NCBI GenBank assembly: GCA_002269645.1
Contig: NIVC01001105.1
Coordinates: forward strand, 1-64,000
Direction: 5' to 3'
Origin: Macrostomum lignano
Lineage: Eukaryota
Length of the DNA stretch: 64,000 bases
Positions 59,746 through 64,000 of this stretch are shown here, piece after piece. The position numbers and the translations under genes were made by a program. The notes under the pieces were generated by a model. It was not told where the DNA came from and searched no databases. It was given only the letters and a program-made list of their open reading frames with translations. Position 1 is the stretch's first letter; every line of letters begins with the position of its first letter.

Positions 59746-60789
59746 TCCAGTTTAGCGCCCTAAGTTGGCGCCTCAAATTAGGCATAACCAGTGTGGCGCC
59801 CCCCCCCCGAGAAACTTCAAGCTTATTATGGTGCACCTATGCATTTCTATAGTAAAAGAAAGAAGCCTATGCTGTCTCTTTCCTTGCTATTTTCTTTATC
59901 GATTGATGCCGTCCTTCGAGAGGCTGGGAGGGTCGCCAGATTGCAGTTAATATGTTGGGGAGCGGTTGCTATGCGGTAGGGGGGGGGGGGTGCTGCCTGC
60001 TGGGATAATCGAGCGGACAGCGCCGGTGGACCGTGGGTTGGCACACGGAGCCCGAGCAAAGGACACGAGCTGCTGCTCATTCGTTCTGTTTCTCACTTTT
60101 TAAAGCAGACACACAAGCGCGCCAATGCAGTACGCGGGCACGCGCTCATGTACACCGCCCACACAGGGTGTACGGGACAAGACCCGACTAATGTGCCAGC
60201 GCACGGAAAATCGAACCAAGGGGTCGCGTAGCGCGAGAGGCGGCGTTTACCTTAGCAACAGAAACTGAGAGCTGGGAAACGCAGCCAGGTGAAAACTAAA
60301 AACTAAGTGCCGGAGTAAAACAGTGTGCAGAGAGCCCAGAGCAGAAGACACTCAGGAAATAGGATGCCAGCAATTGCTCTCATACTGTTCCCTTCTCTCG
60401 CTCTCTCTCTCTCCCGTTTCTGGCGCATTCCTGCAGTGTCCGTCTCTAGCCCCATCCTTTTTTTCCCAGTTGCCATCGATACAGCCGTGCCGTTCCCTTT
60501 CCCACTGGGACACTGGCCATTTTGTCAGCGAGTAAAACAGTTCAACTTTTGCCAACCACTGAGGAACTGAGCTGTGTTTAACTCAATAGATGTCTCAAAT
60601 CCAGCAGTAAATAAAGACTTCTTGTGCAGTAGAAGCTCTTGCCAACCTGATATGCGTTTATTCTTACGAGTAGAATTGAATGCTTTCAAAACTTAACAGC
60701 ACACTTGTGCGAAAGTTTTCTTGAGAAGAGAAATCAAAAAGGGTAAAAGTGCAGCCAAAATTATTTAGATTAAGTCGCTGTACAAACGA

Positions 60790-61750
60790 GAAGAGAGGGA
60801 GAGGGGAGAGAAGGAAGAGAGGGGAGAGGGGGAGAGAGTGAGAGGGGGAGAGGGGAGAGAGAGGGGAAAGGTGAGAGGTGGAGAGGGGAAAGGGGAGAGG
60901 GGGAGAGAGGGAAGAGAGGGGAGAGGGTGAGAGGGGGAGAGAGTGAGAGAGGGTAGAGAATCAAAGAGGGAGAGAGGGGAGAGAGGGGAGAGAGTGAGAG
61001 GGGGAGACGGGAGAGAGGGGAGAGAGGGGAGAGAGTGAGAGGGGGAGATGGGAGAGAGGGGAGAGAGGGGAGAGAATGAGAGGGGGAGAGGGGAGAGAGA
61101 GTGAGAGAGGGTAGAGAATCAAAGAGGGAGAGAGGGGAGAGAGGGGAGAGAGTGAGAGGGGGAGAGGAGAGAGGGGAGAGAGGGGAGAGAGTGAGAGGGG
61201 GAGATGGGAGAGAGGGGAGAGGGGGAGAGAGTGAGAGGGGAGAGGGGAGAGAGAGGAGAAAGGTGAGAGGTGGAGAGGGGAGAGGGGAGAGGGGGAGAGA
61301 GGGAAGAGAGGGGAGAGGGTGAGAGGGGAGAGAGTGAGAGAGGGTAGAGAATCAAAGAGGGAGAGAGGGAAGAAAGGGGAGAGAGTGAGAGGGGGAGAGG
61401 GGAGAGAGGGGAGAGAGGGAAAAAAGGGGAGAGAGTGAGAGGGGGAGAGGGGAGAGAGGGGAGAGAGGGAAAAAAGGGGAGAGAGTGAGAGGGGGAGAGG
61501 GAGAGAGGGGAGAGAGTGAGAGGGGAGAGGGAGAGAGGGGAGAGAGGGGAGAGAGGGGAGAGAGTGAGAGGGGAGAGGGGAGAGAGGGGAGAGGGAAGAA
61601 AGGGGAAAGAGTGAGAGGGGGAGAGGGAGAGAGGGGAGAGAGGGGAGAGAGTGAGAGGGGGAGAGGGGAGAGAGGGGAGAGAGGGGAGAAAGTGAGACGG
61701 GAAGATGAGAGAGAGGGGGAAGAAAGGGAGAGAGAAGGTGAGAAAATGAG
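60790..61750. repeat. Polypurine (G/A) low-complexity tract
   Basis: Direct inspection. Confidence 0.95.
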
Positions 61751-62299
61751 AAGTCAGCAATCGCGCTACTCCAAATGGTTGGAGATTTTTCTATTTCTAA
61801 AAAGGGTTTGAATTCTCGCTTGAGTTCAAAGTTCTCAATTCAGCCTATTCAGATACTCAATACTCAACACCAGCCGACAAATGGAAGATTCAGCCTCACC
61901 TCCTTGACTTGCTGCTCCTAAAAGAGTGCATGCGTCTCTTATTTAAAAAAGGGCCAATTAGTGAAGACGACCGTTTTTTGTTCCGAGAGCCAGAGCAGAG
62001 GAGTCTTGAGCACAGGTCGATAGATTTGACAGAATTCAGCTACTTTCAACTCATCTCCCCTCTCTTCTGCTTCTTGTATTGCTTCTGCCTCTGCCTGCTG
62101 CTTCTGCTAAATTCTTGCCCTATTGGAATCGCTGGCTTCTTTGATTGGCTTCTCGCGTCCTGCTTCTGTTTTGGCCTCAGCCATTGGCATTGGCAGTGGA
62201 TGGAATTGTCAATGCGATGCCTCAACTTGCATCTGGAAATGAAATGTACTTTTATTAGTTTACACACTTTTTAGTTCGTTTCGGCCCAGGAAATCAAGT

Positions 62300-62812
62300 G
62301 GGAGAATGAGAGGGCTGGAGAGAGGGAGGGAAGGACGGAGAGGTGGAGCAGTGAGGAGAGGAGAGAGGAGAAAGAGGAGAGGAAAGATGAAAGAATAGAG
62401 AGGATAGACGAGAGAGGGAGAGCAAGGGAGGAGAGGGAGAGCAAGGGAGGAGAGGGAGAGCAAGGGAGGAGAGGGAGAGCAAGGGAGGAGAGGGAGAGCA
62501 AGGGAGGAGAGGGAGAGCAAGGGAGGAGAGGGAGGGAAAGGGAGGAGAGGGAGGGAAAGGGAGGAGAGGGAGGGAAAGGGAGGAGAGGGAGGGAAAGGGA
62601 GGAGAGGGAGGGAAAGGGAGGAGAGGGAGGGAAAGGGAGGAGAGGGAGGGAAAGGGAGAAGAGGGAGGGAAAGGGAGGAGAGGGAGGGAAAGGGAGGAGA
62701 GGGAGGGAAAGGGAGGAGAGGGAGGGAAAGGGAGGAGAGGGAGGGAAAGGAGGAGAGGAGGGAAAGGGAGGAGAGGGAGGGAAAGGGAGGAGAGGGAGGG
62801 AAAGGGAGAACA
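62300..62812. repeat. Polypurine tract with a GAGAGGGAGGGAAAGGGAG unit
   Basis: Direct inspection. Confidence 0.95.
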
Positions 62813-63349
62813 CTGGATCGAACAGAGTCCAAGTGTCTGAGCTCAGCGGGAATTGATGAATTCAGTTAAAATGGATTCAAATCTGCGCCAGAATCGGTAC
62901 ACGCTCCGGCCGCAAGTCCTCGGGCTGTTTAGAAAAAGTCTTTTAGCTTTATATTTTAGCTTTAAACAGCCTTGCCGTTCCCATTGAAGCCCTGCAGGCT
63001 TGCGCTATTGCAGTTCGCTTGTGAGCTTGTAGCATGCAGTACGGGATGGACATCAAAGCTGCCCATTGATGTCTTTATCTAGCAAAATAACTGTCTGAAT
63101 TGTCTTCTCCTCCAGTTTCTTGTCGCCCAAAACTGTCTTGATTTAGTATTTCTGATTTTTTTCTCTACCTTTGCTACCTTTTGTTAGAACACTCTGGTCT
63201 CTGTGGCAACCGCTGGGCGACTTCAAATTGAGTTTTTGCTTTATTACAGCTCGCATTATGAATGAGTCTCCATTTCTTCCCTGCACTTTTCTTTCCTCTC
63301 TGGCTCCATCATTCTTATCATCATCCTTTCCCTACAACACCTACTCTCT

Positions 63350-63950
63350 CTATCCTTATCTTCTCTCCTCTCCCCTCTTTCCTCTCTCTCCTTGCCTATC
63401 TCCTCTCTCCTCTCTCCTCTCTCTCTACTCTCTCCTCTCTCCTCTCTCCTCTCTCTCCTCTCTCTCCTCTCTCCTCTCTCCTCTCTCTCCTCTCTCTCCT
63501 CTCTCTCCTCTCTCCTCTCTCCTCTCTCTCCTCTCTCCTCTCTCCTCTCTCCTCTCTCCTCCGGTCTCTCCTCTCTCCTCTCTCTCCTCTCTCCTCTCTC
63601 CTCCGCTCTCTCCTCTCTCCTCCCCTCTCCTCTCTCCTCTCTCCATTCTCCTCCCCTCTCTCCTCTCTCCTCTCTCCTCCGCTCTCTCCTCTCTCCTCCC
63701 CTCTCCTCTCTCCTCTCTCCATTCTCCTCCCCTCTCTCCTCTCTCCTCTCTCCTCCCCTCTCTCCTCTCTCCTCCCCTCTCTCCCCTCTCCTCTCTCTCC
63801 TCTCTCTCCTCTCCCTTCTCTCCTCTCTCCTCTCCTCTCTCCTCCCCTCTCTCCTCTCTCGTCCCACCTCTCTTTTTCTCCCCTCTCCTCTCCTCCCCTC
63901 CCCTCACTTCTCCCTTTCTCCTCTGTCTTTTCTCTTCTCTCCCCTTAATC
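63350..63950. repeat. Polypyrimidine (CT/CCT) tract
   Basis: Direct inspection. Confidence 0.95.
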
Positions 63951-64000
63951 TCCCATCCTTGTCTATACTGCCCACCCACTCGCACGCGAAGGCGTATTCA

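Noticed and set aside
61909-62274. ORFs between the purine tracts
   Set aside because: No recognisable domain; alternative frames contain stops.

Overview
Eukaryotic (animal) genomic DNA, not prokaryotic. GC-rich exons sit among AT-rich introns, minisatellites and MITEs. It most resembles the free-living flatworm Macrostomum (inference from repeat style, gene structure and a flatworm spliced-leader-like motif). Ten host genes could be reconstructed by hand with GT-AG junctions and consistent phases: ELMOD3-like (-), CHIC1/2-like (+), GLTP-like (-), a divergent G-alpha-s (+), RRP7-like C-terminal domain (+), ARMC6 (+), ING1/2-like (+), aquaglyceroporin (+), globin (+) and HS3ST-like (-). Mobile DNA includes a decayed one-ended piggyBac, several MITEs with exact or near-exact 8-bp TSDs, tRNA-headed SINEs, a decayed RNase-H-bearing LINE end and a decayed tyrosine-recombinase-like fragment. 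The most unusual observations are: (1) a ~1.1-kb decayed reading frame capped by the 5' half of a flatworm spliced leader, inserted in a GACA microsatellite; (2) an ING gene with no usable genomic start codon whose acceptor is in frame for the AUG that ends flatworm spliced leaders; (3) a young 295-bp MITE carrying a 64-bp copy of 28S rRNA helices 69-71 with only the R2/I-PpoI target core scrambled; (4) most introns filled by their own private 14-23-bp minisatellite, some built from splice-site consensus; (5) blockwise CpG loss apparently tracking housekeeping gene bodies. All calls are by eye; reference sequences are recalled from memory and no database searches were run.
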